Part shown: positions 18,157 through 28,219 of the stretch, piece after piece
Layout of the letters: each line of letters begins with the position of its first letter
Position numbering within the stretch: position 1 is the first letter of the stretch
Virus record (IMG/VR): IMGVR_UViG_3300021964_000012
Location: 124,001 to 188,000 of that record
DNA: 64,000 nucleotides
Direction: 5' to 3' (one strand)
The notes under the pieces: model-generated
Told to the model about the DNA's origin: nothing
Databases searched by the model: none
What the model saw: only the letters and a program-made list of their open reading frames with translations
Translations under genes and position numbers: made by a program

Positions 18157-18784
18157 TAGGTTTAAATTCTACTACATTTTCACCAATGTTGTCAACCTTT
18201 TCGACTTGTTTTTCAAGTTTTACTTCAATCACTGGTTCTTCTGCCTCGCCGTCATCCCAATCTAAATCTAAACTTTTCCATGTAGGATTATTTAATGTAA
18301 CAACTTTTTTACCTGCTTTTGGTATTGTAATACAACCCGGTCCAGTATCTGTCCACCATCCTGTGTTTTCAAATGGGCCTACAGTTTCTTCATCATGATG
18401 CAAATAACTAATACCGCCTCCCATTGTACTTCGTATGCTGATATCAAGTATGTCCATTACATCTTCGGTAACTGCTTGTAGTTTACAATATAATGCTAGG
18501 CCAACTATTTGATCAGCAGGTTCGTCTGGTAACACAATGGTTCGAAAATCTACTTCTTCATATTTTTTAGTAAGGCTTTTGTGTGCTTTACCAAAAATTA
18601 TAGCATCTGAAAACTGTTCATATAAAATATACTTGCATCTTTCCATTGCAATATTTTGATCAACTTGATTTGTTGATTTTGTTATTATTTGTAAATCAAC
18701 ACTATACGTATTCATTATAACTCCAGTGTCAAAGTACACGCCAGTGGTAAATGTTGGACTCCAACCTATTCTTACATAACTCAT
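18143..18784 (-). CDS. hypothetical phage protein
   Basis: 213-aa ORF in a coupled operon. Confidence 0.6.
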   Translation of the reverse strand: MSYVRIGWSPTFTTGVYFDTGVIMNTYSVDLQIITKSTNQVDQNIAMERCKYILYEQFSDAIIFGKAHKSLTKKYEEVDFRTIVLPDEPADQIVGLALYCKLQAVTEDVMDILDISIRSTMGGGISYLHHDEETVGPFENTGWWTDTGPGCITIPKAGKKVVTLNNPTWKSLDLDWDDGEAEEPVIEVKLEKQVEKVDNIGENVVEFKPNDKK

Positions 18785-19017
18785 GATATATCTATTTTAT
18801 CCTCAAAGTCGTTGTTGTCTCCAGAACGTGCTTTAACCTGCTTTTCTGTGAGTTTGTTGCGATAGGTATTGATTGCAAGGCTCACTTGATTGATAAGTGA
18901 ACTGTTGCCCATTCGCATTGCAATAGTTAGTTTTCCATTTAGTTCGGTAATTTTATCCAACAGTTCTGACTCACTGAGGTCGTCAATTTTACCAATCAAT
19001 GGATGTTCCATCGACAT
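18781..19017 (-). CDS. small coiled-coil hypothetical protein
   Basis: 78-aa ORF coupled to mazG. Confidence 0.55.
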   Translation of the reverse strand: MSMEHPLIGKIDDLSESELLDKITELNGKLTIAMRMGNSSLINQVSLAINTYRNKLTEKQVKARSGDNNDFEDKIDIS

Positions 19018-19424
19018 TAGATGTCACCGTCTTTTCTGTTTTCACTATAGTGTGCATCAAAGTCACCGCCTGGGTAACGTGCTTTAAGTTTATCAATATT
19101 CATTTGTATAACAATATTTGGATCTACATCAAGTGCCATACATCCTTGCATCCAATACCACATGATGTCACCGAGTTCTCTTTTCATATGATAGATGTTT
19201 TCATCATCAAGTGGCTTGCCTTGAAATATGATCTTTTTCACTATCTCAGTAAACTCACCTGCTTCTGCACCCATTCCGCAACTTGCAGTAAGCAGTCGTG
19301 GCATATCAGCCATGCGTTGATTGTTTAGAGATGCCCAGTTGTGTGTGAACGCATCATTACTTTTGCTTTCATCACTGGTTACTGCATCCACAAATTCTTT
19401 GTACTTGTTTAGATCTATTTTCAT
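19017..19424 (-). CDS. mazG: MazG-like NTP pyrophosphohydrolase
   Basis: EAGEFTEIVKK...ELGDIMWY...NIDKLKARYP. Confidence 0.9.
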   Translation of the reverse strand: MKIDLNKYKEFVDAVTSDESKSNDAFTHNWASLNNQRMADMPRLLTASCGMGAEAGEFTEIVKKIIFQGKPLDDENIYHMKRELGDIMWYWMQGCMALDVDPNIVIQMNIDKLKARYPGGDFDAHYSENRKDGDI

Positions 19425-19475
19425 AAAAAAACTCCTTTACTCAATAATTATACAGCAAAGGAGTTAGTATGTCAA
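19425..19475 (-). promoter_or_regulatory. perfect sigma70 promoter nested in a 12-bp terminator hairpin that also holds the mazG SD
   Basis: TTGACA(19470-75)-17-TATAAT(19447-52); AACTCCTTTGCT/AGTAAAGGAGTT stem followed by a U-tract. Confidence 0.75.
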
Positions 19476-19490
19476 TTATTATTTTGCTCG

Positions 19491-20399
19491 TTATGCAAAA
19501 GCGGCACCGTTGTTACCTATCACAAACCATTTGCTGTTTATGTACATTAGAGTGCATGCTTCGCCAATGTTAGCAAAAGTAATAGTTCCAGTTCCAGATG
19601 CTTTCCATCCTGCATTGGTAACTGTTGTAACCATGTCGCCACTGTCAGCATACATAGCAAGTACTTTAATTTGTCCTTCAACACCTGCAGCCAATGTGCT
19701 TGTTTCAGCAGCCGCTGTTGAAAAATAACTTGCGGTTTTGGTCAAATCAGCGGCGCCAGCATCTGCTAGATCTTCTGAGCCTGTTAATTTTATTGGATTA
19801 GTTAATGTGTCTCTTGGTCTTGTAAGTTCGCTTAGAAATATGCTTGTTCCGCCGTCGTCTGTGTGAAATTGGAATTCATATGTGCCTGTTTCTGCAAATG
19901 TAATAACGTTTGAACTAATGCCTTGTATGCCTACTATGCTTTTTGCACTTACACCGTTTCCTACTGCACTTGGCAGTGTCACAGTGTGAGCTACGTTAGC
20001 AACTGTAATTACAACTGTAATAAATGATTGGTTTCCTGCGGCTGGTATATTTGAAAATGCTAGTGTAATTGATCCTGAAGTTGTTACACTGTACCAGTTA
20101 CCTCCGCTATAATCAATTGCTGCAGAACCTGATATTGCTCCAAGAGCCACTCTAGTTGCTCTATAGCCTTGTATTTTGGTGTTTTTTATTACTGCACCAG
20201 ACATATCGTTATCAAGTGTTGTGCCTGTTAATGCACTTTTAAAAATGCCTTTTGCTTGTAGATCGTCAATTTCAGTCTCTGCATATTCAAAATTGGTTTT
20301 GATGTTTGTGAAGTTATCACGAAATCCTTGACTGTCATTGTCCTGTCCAGCAACTGGATAGGTTGTATCTATGTTGTTTGGATTGATACTACTTGCCAT
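19491..20399 (-). CDS. virion structural protein (tail fibre/baseplate-associated)
   Basis: N-terminal YPVAGQDNDSQGFRDNF; G/T/A/S-rich beta structure; in the structural cluster. Confidence 0.65.
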   Translation of the reverse strand: MASSINPNNIDTTYPVAGQDNDSQGFRDNFTNIKTNFEYAETEIDDLQAKGIFKSALTGTTLDNDMSGAVIKNTKIQGYRATRVALGAISGSAAIDYSGGNWYSVTTSGSITLAFSNIPAAGNQSFITVVITVANVAHTVTLPSAVGNGVSAKSIVGIQGISSNVITFAETGTYEFQFHTDDGGTSIFLSELTRPRDTLTNPIKLTGSEDLADAGAADLTKTASYFSTAAAETSTLAAGVEGQIKVLAMYADSGDMVTTVTNAGWKASGTGTITFANIGEACTLMYINSKWFVIGNNGAAFA

Positions 20400-20413
20400 G
20401 TTTTTATCTCTTT

Positions 20414-23400
20414 CTATGTTCCTAAAATATTCTTCTTGGGGAATACGAGGTATTTATCATATGAATCCGTCTTGCCGTAAACATCTACAGGGCTGGTAAA
20501 CCTTAGACTGTTGCCATCAAAGGTAGTTGGATTTCCACTTGGTGTTGGATTAGCAGTCTGGTCTGTATTAAATGTAGTGCTTAATGGTGGTGATGGATTC
20601 CAATTTCCGCCATCTGTTGAATCTTCATTTGGTACCCAATTTGCAGTAAGTTGATTGTCCAGTATGTATCTATCGCTGATAAAATCAACTCTATTGAGTA
20701 TTTCACCGAACTGTGTGCGAATGTTATAACTTATTCGATCTGATTCACCTGGTTTTGTATAACAAATCACCCATGCTTTAGTAAAGCCTAATACTCTACC
20801 GTTGGTTTGTTTTGATGTCATCCATAAAGGCAATATTGTATTTGTTTGTCCAATTGTATCAACAACCCTGTCTCGCATGTTTATCAAACTGTTTGGGTAA
20901 ACAGTTTGTGTAGTTACTGCAAGTTCGTCAAGTGGTGTTAAAAATTGATCATAAAATGTTAGCAACTGCTCGTAGTGTGCATTTATATCAAGATCACCAG
21001 ACGCTTGTGGTTTTGGAAATATACAAGCAATACCGTTGTTTTCTGGATTGAAAGGATCTGTTGGATTCTTTAATGCATATCCATAGCAACAACAGATTTG
21101 ATGATTTAATCCAGTATCTTTTTTGCCTTTGTCATTTAGATAAAGTGCGTCAAAGTTTATTTCAAGTCCAACATGCACAAATCCCATTGCAATATAAGGC
21201 ACTGTTGGTATGGTATCGTTTATGTTAGTAAGGCGTTTCCATCTATCAACCATTTTATTTCCGTTGATGTCGGTTAGATTGTCAAACCAAGTGCGAAACT
21301 TAAGGTTACCAACTCTTGGACTAGCCGATGGCAATCCTTCAATTTCAAATTTATTCAGACTGACTGCATAAGCACAAACTAGTGTAGCCATTGCACTTCC
21401 TAAACTATGACTGCATATACGTAATTTTGTTTTTGTTGTGTTTTCTAGAGCTTGTTGTAGTGTTATTCCGGGAACATCACTACCTCTTGTGTATCCCGGA
21501 GCAGATGCACTTGCTGGGACACCTAGTCCTTGGAATGCCTTCAGCCAGCCACTTCCAATTTGTCCTTGGCCTAGCGGATTATCAACTTTATTGGCCGCAT
21601 CAACATCTAGTTTAACATTGCCTTCTCCCAATGTACCACGAATTACAATATAAGCATGATCACCTTGTTCAACTAGAAAGGCAAAAGGTTCAATATACCT
21701 TTGTACATTGCCATTTTCTTCCTTACCGGTGTAGTATTCACTATAGATAATGTTATTTGCAAGTGCTGCGGCTTCCAGTTGTGTTTTAAAAAGGTCGTAT
21801 CTAACATTATCACTATAGGTATCACACTCGTTCCTAGGTGACCATGTAAAAGTTCCTGATGGGTCATCGCCTGCAGGATCTCCCGGGCTTCCGGCAGCGG
21901 CCCAATCTTTTGACATTTGGCTGGCAACAGTCGCTAGTAAGTTTGCATTAAGTGCTGGTTCTAGATAGTCAACGCCTTGATTAGCTAATCCTACTTTAGC
22001 AGTGATTGTTTCGTTACTCAGTCTGTCTGGGTGATCAACACCGTCTACTGTTAATTCTACTGGCCATTTTATACTCTGGGGCGGCGATTGCCCTAGTTTA
22101 TTAACGCCGGTATCAATAACATCACTATAAACAACTTCATATTCGACAGTACCATCTGCGTTCAATGCTTGTGCAGTTTTTATTTCCCCTAGTATCAGTT
22201 TCTTTTCAAAATGATTCTGTGTAAGTGCATTTACATATTCTTCTAGTGTTGCAGTATCTAAACTGTAGGCATGATTATACACTACATTTTTTGCCACACC
22301 AAAGTAGGGATCATCTGCTCGATAAACTCTTGATGGCGGTATTATGTCAGTGTTTTGAATTAGACTTCTTATAAAAGTTCTATCATTTTGATCAGGCATT
22401 GCTTTGATATAGATTCCGTTGTATGGAGAATTGTACTCTCTATCTACAGTGATACGGAACGTTCTACTAACACTAACCAAGCCGTCACTGCTGTATGCAA
22501 CCACAGTGAAGTCAAATGCTTTATCAAATGTTGTTTCTCCACTTATTAATCTTGTGCTAACTTCTTTATCAAAAGTGGTTGTTCCGCTATCAATTGCAAA
22601 GGTATTAAAACTAACACGCCCACTGATGTTTCCGCTTGATAGTAACTCTAATCCCTGAGGTAGAAGATTGTATTGTCCAGGAGTATCTGGATAACTGCCT
22701 GCTTTCAATTTGAATTGTAGTGTCCGTCCGCTTGGGTTTGAGGCTTTTACTGCTAGTCTTGATACTGCACCGTTATCGATTGTTCCTAGTGAATATACAG
22801 GTGCTAGTTCAGTACCAGGAACAAAAGTTCCTGTCAACCAAGTAACCGCATTCTCTATGTTTCCTATGACAGTAATATTGTAATCATAGGGTTCACTTTG
22901 AACTTCAGGACGATTTGCTTTGGCAATAATAATGCTAAAGTTAAATGTTTGTTCAGTTGCACCTTGATCTGGAAAATAACCACTTAACCATCCTGTTAGT
23001 GTATTAAATGTTATGCCCGGAGGAAGGTCGCTACTATCGCCAGTTACAATTGAAAATTCAATTGGATCATTATCGCAATCAAATCCTTTGATTTGATAGG
23101 CAAAGAAGTTATCATGTCTAAATGTTCCGATTGTTCCGGCAGATACTGCCGGAGGTCCAACAATAGCAGGTGGATAGTTTTCAATATATGGTGTGCTGAG
23201 TGGCGATAGATCAGCAGTTAGTATGTCAGTGTCAGCAGTGAAATCGAGTGTATCCGCAGTTAAACTATCTCTACTTACTACATACATTGTAAATGTTCTT
23301 AGATTTTGATCTTTACCATCACTGATTCTCAGTGTAAATTCATAGTTTTTGTTTATACTTCTGTTTGGAAAATCAAACGGATATAGATCAAATGCACTAG

Positions 23401-23950
23401 CATCAAAGCCGCTCGTAGCACTGTCTGGTAGATTGCTTATTGGTGATATGTGACCAGATATCAATCCGGTTGTTGCATTTAGTGTTAACCCAGGTGGCAA
23501 TTCACCGTTATCAACTTCGATAGTAACTGTATCATTTGGATCACTGTCTGTAAACCCAATTGTGATGTTTACATTATCACAGTCAAAAAATGTACCCAAA
23601 CTACCAGCCGGTGTTGTGAAAGTAGGTGCGTCCTGCCCAGTGACTGTTAGGCTAAATGTTCTATCATTGATACTCAATCCATCTGGCGAGGTTGCACGTA
23701 TTGCAAAAGTGCTTGTTACATTTTCACTGACTTCGGTCGGTGTTCCTCTCAGCGTCACAAAGGCTTGCGGGACACCTTCAATCAGTCCGTTTGATGTTAC
23801 TTGAACACCTTCTGGAAGTCTGCCAGCAATTAAAGTATATGTAAGTGTACCGCCGTCTGGATCAACGGCTTCTATTGGTCTTTGGAAAAATAAATTTTCT
23901 GCAATAGTTCCAAGATCTCCTGCTGGTGTTACCCATACTGGTTGTGCCAT
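20414..23950 (-). CDS. large Ig/cadherin-repeat virion protein (baseplate wedge-like) with an internal class-3 lipase domain
   Basis: Repeated LPxGLxL..G.ISG Ig-like units; internal IRGT, SHSLG, SPRVGN, DTIPTVP and NH motifs. Confidence 0.7.
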   Translation of the reverse strand: MAQPVWVTPAGDLGTIAENLFFQRPIEAVDPDGGTLTYTLIAGRLPEGVQVTSNGLIEGVPQAFVTLRGTPTEVSENVTSTFAIRATSPDGLSINDRTFSLTVTGQDAPTFTTPAGSLGTFFDCDNVNITIGFTDSDPNDTVTIEVDNGELPPGLTLNATTGLISGHISPISNLPDSATSGFDASAFDLYPFDFPNRSINKNYEFTLRISDGKDQNLRTFTMYVVSRDSLTADTLDFTADTDILTADLSPLSTPYIENYPPAIVGPPAVSAGTIGTFRHDNFFAYQIKGFDCDNDPIEFSIVTGDSSDLPPGITFNTLTGWLSGYFPDQGATEQTFNFSIIIAKANRPEVQSEPYDYNITVIGNIENAVTWLTGTFVPGTELAPVYSLGTIDNGAVSRLAVKASNPSGRTLQFKLKAGSYPDTPGQYNLLPQGLELLSSGNISGRVSFNTFAIDSGTTTFDKEVSTRLISGETTFDKAFDFTVVAYSSDGLVSVSRTFRITVDREYNSPYNGIYIKAMPDQNDRTFIRSLIQNTDIIPPSRVYRADDPYFGVAKNVVYNHAYSLDTATLEEYVNALTQNHFEKKLILGEIKTAQALNADGTVEYEVVYSDVIDTGVNKLGQSPPQSIKWPVELTVDGVDHPDRLSNETITAKVGLANQGVDYLEPALNANLLATVASQMSKDWAAAGSPGDPAGDDPSGTFTWSPRNECDTYSDNVRYDLFKTQLEAAALANNIIYSEYYTGKEENGNVQRYIEPFAFLVEQGDHAYIVIRGTLGEGNVKLDVDAANKVDNPLGQGQIGSGWLKAFQGLGVPASASAPGYTRGSDVPGITLQQALENTTKTKLRICSHSLGSAMATLVCAYAVSLNKFEIEGLPSASPRVGNLKFRTWFDNLTDINGNKMVDRWKRLTNINDTIPTVPYIAMGFVHVGLEINFDALYLNDKGKKDTGLNHQICCCYGYALKNPTDPFNPENNGIACIFPKPQASGDLDINAHYEQLLTFYDQFLTPLDELAVTTQTVYPNSLINMRDRVVDTIGQTNTILPLWMTSKQTNGRVLGFTKAWVICYTKPGESDRISYNIRTQFGEILNRVDFISDRYILDNQLTANWVPNEDSTDGGNWNPSPPLSTTFNTDQTANPTPSGNPTTFDGNSLRFTSPVDVYGKTDSYDKYLVFPKKNILGT

Positions 23951-23960
23951 CTGGACCTAC

Positions 23961-26201
23961 CTATAATTTCAACATACACTCGACGAGCTTTTCACCTTCG
24001 TCTGCGTTATCTTCAAGTGCAATACCTATCAAGTGTCCTTCTGAGTTCTTACTTGCTCTTCCCATGATGTCAGAATACACCAGTTGTCCTTTTTGCACTG
24101 ATCCAAAAATTCTTACTGGAACACGACCAACTAAAGCCACCGGTAAACCAGCTGTTAAATCACTGTTCATGAGATATGCTGGATCAGTTGAGATAACTCC
24201 AGCTGGATAATCTCCTAAACCACATATAGTGATTTCGAGAGGACCACCAATTGATATCACTGTACCTGGATCATAATCATGATCTGAAAGATAGTTTTCT
24301 GCTAAGTCAGCATATCTTGCTTGAGTTGCAGTTAGTGTGGCTATATTAGCACTAAAACTAGCATTGCTATCTCTAAAAATTATTGTACTAGGCGTACTAG
24401 CATCAGTAGCATTTGATGCTACAGTAAATGTACCACTTTCGCTGTTAACACTACCACTAATACCGTTTCCTGAAGTTGCTCCTTGTTGGACATAAGCCCC
24501 TGTTGTATCTGTGCCTAAAGCGACTGAATCGGCTGCAATTGTTGTAGCAAATGATACATTACCTAAATTGGTCATTGTACCTGAACCAGTAACATCACCC
24601 GTTAGAGTAATTGTTGGATCAGCAGTTAGTGTTGTCGCAATACTTGCAGTATCGCCTGCGTTGGTAAATGTGGCACTGCCTGTTACGTTTCCTGTTAGTT
24701 GCACGGTTACCGCACTTGATAAACCACCAGCAGTACCTGTTGTGTTTTGGTTAAGTGTTGCCACCCTAGCGGCAGCAACTGTACCTGTTGTTATATTTGA
24801 TCCATTTAAAGCACTCAATAATGCACCTGATCCAGCAAAGGATGCGGCAGTTATATTGCCTGTTGCATCTACGTCGCCAGCTGTAGTAATGTTGCCACCA
24901 CTTACATTGCCTGTGGCCGAAATAGTTGTACCTGCTGTTATTCCATTTGTAGCGTCAACATTGTCAGCCTGTACCTGTCCTGTAGTAGTAACGTTACCAC
25001 CACTTACGTTACCAGTTGCTGATATTGTTGTACCAGCAGTAATGCCATTGGTTGCGGCAAAGTTGTCACCTGCCACTTGACCAGTTGCACTGATTATACC
25101 AGTTACTGCTGAGCCAGTTGATCCAACATCCAAAACTGTTGTACCAGCAACACCTACTGTTGTATTTGCATTATTTGCAACAAATACATTTGATGTTCCA
25201 TTTACTATTGTATTTGCGTTAGGTAGGTTTGATAATTGACTTCCGTCGCCAAGTATATAGGTACCTGAAATATTACCTGTTGCAGTGATGTTTGCAGTTG
25301 TCATTGGAACTATAACGTCAATTGTGGTTCCGTCAGTTTGAAATACCAGTGTTCCACCTGATGTGATTTCTACATTACCACCTGAACTTGAAATACCAAC
25401 AATCGATGTTCCGTTGGCAATTTGTGTAACTGCTACGTTTGATGCTGCTGTAACGTTGGATAAAAATCCTCCGTCGCCAATAAAAAATCCGCCAGTGCTT
25501 TCTACATTTCCTGTTGCACTCATGTCACCTGTTGCAACAACACCTGAGCTGTTTACATTGCCTGCATCTACGTTTCCTGTAGCAGTAACTGAACCTCCAG
25601 TGATAATGTTACCACCAGTGACGTTGCCTGTTGCGTCAACAAATCCTGAAGTAATTAGATTACCAGCAGTAACATTTCCTGTGGTTACTTTGTTACCACC
25701 AATAACAACATCATTTAGTGCTATGATGTTTCCGCCTTGGACGTTTCCTCCACTTGTAATGTTGCCAGTGGCATCAATAATAACACTGTTAACTTCTTGG
25801 TATCTTAGTGTGCTGTTTCCAAGATATCTTGTTGCATTTGTATCAGGAAGTAAATTTGAACCAATTGTACCATTCACAATCAGTTGATCGCCAATGGTAA
25901 AATCTTGTGTAATAGTTAAACTGTTTCCAACATCAAGGTCAGTTGCAATGGTTACGTTTCCACTAATGCTTGTTTCTGTTCCAGAAAATGTAACCACATT
26001 AGAACTTCCAGCAATGCTAATAGTCACATTAGCACTGTCAGCAACAGACACATTTGAAGTACCGTTTATAATTTCTGTTGGAGTGATAGTAGTGTCAAAA
26101 AGTGATTTGAAGTTATCATTACATTTAATGTATGCAGTTCTTAGGCCGTCACCGGTACCATCGTTTGCGGTTGCACCAACATTGATTATTTCTCTTGCCA
26201 T
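23961..26201 (-). CDS. tail fibre protein with GNVTGGN-type repeats and C-terminal chaperone-like domain
   Basis: N-terminal INVGATANDGTGDGLR; low-complexity G/N/T/V repeats; C-terminal ARYADLAENY...GVIST.PAYLMN...GRVPV. Confidence 0.75.
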   Translation of the reverse strand: MAREIINVGATANDGTGDGLRTAYIKCNDNFKSLFDTTITPTEIINGTSNVSVADSANVTISIAGSSNVVTFSGTETSISGNVTIATDLDVGNSLTITQDFTIGDQLIVNGTIGSNLLPDTNATRYLGNSTLRYQEVNSVIIDATGNITSGGNVQGGNIIALNDVVIGGNKVTTGNVTAGNLITSGFVDATGNVTGGNIITGGSVTATGNVDAGNVNSSGVVATGDMSATGNVESTGGFFIGDGGFLSNVTAASNVAVTQIANGTSIVGISSSGGNVEITSGGTLVFQTDGTTIDVIVPMTTANITATGNISGTYILGDGSQLSNLPNANTIVNGTSNVFVANNANTTVGVAGTTVLDVGSTGSAVTGIISATGQVAGDNFAATNGITAGTTISATGNVSGGNVTTTGQVQADNVDATNGITAGTTISATGNVSGGNITTAGDVDATGNITAASFAGSGALLSALNGSNITTGTVAAARVATLNQNTTGTAGGLSSAVTVQLTGNVTGSATFTNAGDTASIATTLTADPTITLTGDVTGSGTMTNLGNVSFATTIAADSVALGTDTTGAYVQQGATSGNGISGSVNSESGTFTVASNATDASTPSTIIFRDSNASFSANIATLTATQARYADLAENYLSDHDYDPGTVISIGGPLEITICGLGDYPAGVISTDPAYLMNSDLTAGLPVALVGRVPVRIFGSVQKGQLVYSDIMGRASKNSEGHLIGIALEDNADEGEKLVECMLKL
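24882..25067 (-). repeat. tandem 34-codon intragenic duplication in the tail fibre
   Basis: ATNGITAGTTISATGNVSGGN(V/I)TT occurs twice with synonymous divergence. Confidence 0.7.
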
Positions 26202-26243
26202 TGGGATCCTCTAACTTACTGTTATGAGTATTTATGGCTTTTA

Positions 26244-26705
26244 TTAGTTAAGATCGACCCAAGAAGAACCAGTGTATCCTTGAAATTTTGTTCCGCTAGT
26301 CACAAAGATTATCATGCCAGCAACAGGAGAAGTGATAGCGGCATCTCTAGCAGTAGCATCGGCGTAGGTTGGAAGAGTAAATGGGCCACTGCTTATCACT
26401 CCAACAGTGCCGATATATGCACCCAATGGACGTACATTAGCATTACCAATGTATCTTGTATTGTTAGCATCAGGAATAACATCTTGTGCTATACGTATTG
26501 TGCCTGTACCGTCTGGTGCAAGAACTATATCACCATTGGTATTATAACTTGAAATAGTTTGCCCATTCATTGCAATGTTGGAACTTACACTATTGGCTCC
26601 GTAGAGTTCAGTGAAATTATCGTTGACTTTGTCCATTGCACTACGGAGATTGTCACCGGTACCGTCGTTTGCTGATGTTCCTAAATTGATTGTTTGCTGT
26701 GCCAT
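26244..26705 (-). CDS. short baseplate/tail-fibre-like protein
   Basis: INLGTSANDGTGDNLR..KVNDNFTELY (T4 gp9/gp10-like N-terminal motif); CATAAATA upstream. Confidence 0.7.
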   Translation of the reverse strand: MAQQTINLGTSANDGTGDNLRSAMDKVNDNFTELYGANSVSSNIAMNGQTISSYNTNGDIVLAPDGTGTIRIAQDVIPDANNTRYIGNANVRPLGAYIGTVGVISSGPFTLPTYADATARDAAITSPVAGMIIFVTSGTKFQGYTGSSWVDLN

Positions 26706-26738
26706 CTATACATCCTTTAATACTTGTGTATTTATGTC

Positions 26739-27047
26739 TTAGACTGCGAAGCTTTCTCCACAACCACAACTGGCAACTGCATTTGGATTGATAACTTTTA
26801 GATAGTTACCGCCTAATTCGTTTACCCAATCAACTGTGCAACCTAGCACAAACATTTCTGCTATTGGATCTACAACCAGTATATCATTGATAGGTTCGCT
26901 CCACTTAACATCTGGCCATTTTGATTTATGATCCCAAACATATGTAAAGCCACTACATCCGCCGCCCTTCACGCCAAGAGTAACATAGTCACCCTCAGGT
27001 GTTACCGACTTTAAATATTCGCTTGCTTTTTCAGTTAACTTTAACAT
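26739..27047 (-). CDS. iscA: A-type Fe-S carrier protein (IscA/HesB)
   Basis: GGGCSGFTY and NPNA..CGCGESF. Confidence 0.92.
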   Translation of the reverse strand: MLKLTEKASEYLKSVTPEGDYVTLGVKGGGCSGFTYVWDHKSKWPDVKWSEPINDILVVDPIAEMFVLGCTVDWVNELGGNYLKVINPNAVASCGCGESFAV

Positions 27048-27214
27048 TACTTCTCACGTTTGTAAATTGTCCATGCACCGTATGCAATAGCCGCATAGGC
27101 TGCTAGTTTAGCAAATGGGCCTGCTATAAGCACAATTATGCCTACACCAATTAAGATTGCACCATCTAATGATGTGCGTTCTTCTAGTCTGCTTGTGATA
27201 AATTTTTTAATCAT
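27047..27214 (-). CDS. small two-TM membrane protein (55 aa)
   Basis: Manual translation MIKKFITSRLEERTSLDGAILIGVGIIVLIAGPFAKLAAYAAIAYGAWTIYKREK; AAGGAG RBS; ATAAATA upstream. Confidence 0.65.
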   Translation of the reverse strand: MIKKFITSRLEERTSLDGAILIGVGIIVLIAGPFAKLAAYAAIAYGAWTIYKREK

Positions 27215-27240
27215 GTCGATCTCCTTGAACTATATTTATT

Positions 27241-27723
27241 TTATACATTTTCGTATTCAAAGTTCTGACATTCCTCACCTTTTTCTAGCAGTATTGCACC
27301 GTTACGTAGATGAAACCGTTCAGCCATCTGTGTAAGTGGGGATAATGTTACAAATCTTGTACAACCTTTGGTTTCTTTAATATGCTTTGCGGCTTCTAGT
27401 ATGATTTCTCTACCGGCTCCTTTTGAATAACTCCATACAGTATAAAATACAGCCGTATCTGGTGTGGTGTTAGTACTGCTCCATGATTCTGTACTCATCC
27501 AATCTAACTGTTGTTCTGTTAGAGGAACCTGGTTGGTATATCCAACACAGATTACTGCACGTTTGCCTTCTTCTAGTGGCAGTGCATACTGTGCATATTG
27601 GTCTTCATATAAGGCATAAACTTCTCTGCCACACATAATACGCCAATCTGCTGGAAGATGTGGACGCACTGGGTCCTCCGCAACAACCTCAGCTACATCT
27701 TGTAAATTCAATCTTGATAACAT
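27241..27723 (-). CDS. hypothetical protein, possibly GNAT-like
   Basis: FYTVWSYSKGAGR...FVTLSP..MAERFHLRNG. Confidence 0.55.
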   Translation of the reverse strand: MLSRLNLQDVAEVVAEDPVRPHLPADWRIMCGREVYALYEDQYAQYALPLEEGKRAVICVGYTNQVPLTEQQLDWMSTESWSSTNTTPDTAVFYTVWSYSKGAGREIILEAAKHIKETKGCTRFVTLSPLTQMAERFHLRNGAILLEKGEECQNFEYENV

Positions 27724-27743
27724 TTTTTACCTTTTACAGTTTA

Positions 27744-27962
27744 TTAGAGTCGACGTGTAATACGACCTTTACTTAGATCATATGGTGAAACCTCAAGTTC
27801 TACAGTATCACCTAACAAGACTTTTATCTTGTACATACGCATTTTACCATTTATTTGAGCAATAACTTCGTGTTTAGGTTCTTTTAACGCAACCCTAAAC
27901 ATGCCACCACGCATTAGCTCAGTAACTGTGCCTTCAAATTTTATTAATTCTTCTTTAGCCAA
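27744..27962 (-). CDS. infA: translation initiation factor IF-1
   Basis: [14 protein letters not shown]...[28 protein letters not shown]; TTG start after AAGGAG gives 72 aa. Confidence 0.93.
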   Translation of the reverse strand: MAKEELIKFEGTVTELMRGGMFRVALKEPKHEVIAQINGKMRMYKIKVLLGDTVELEVSPYDLSKGRITRRL

Positions 27963-28219
27963 TTGGTCTCCTTGGTTCCTTGTAAACGGTCCCAACGAAA
28001 ACTTCTCCAGCCACCTACTGTTGTATCCCATACCACTTGTGTATCAGGATTAACTTTTCGGTCTGCTTTCTCCTCAACTTTTGGCATGATATTTTCTTGT
28101 AAGGTTGCCTTCATTTTCCGAAGTGAACCATCTGCTTTCAGAAATTCAATTTCAACAACGCCGTTGATTAATGCATCAACAACTGTCTTTTGATTTTCTA
28201 CTTCTGTATATTTAACCAT
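27944..28219 (-). CDS. SH3/Sm-like beta-barrel protein (WYL_2-like)
   Basis: [16 protein letters not shown]...VWD....WRSFR. Confidence 0.7.
   Translation of the reverse strand: MVKYTEVENQKTVVDALINGVVEIEFLKADGSLRKMKATLQENIMPKVEEKADRKVNPDTQVVWDTTVGGWRSFRWDRLQGTKETNWLKKN

Noticed and set aside
18143-18784. QueD/PTPS-like identity for this ORF
   Set aside because: The zinc-binding His motifs are not evident; left as hypothetical
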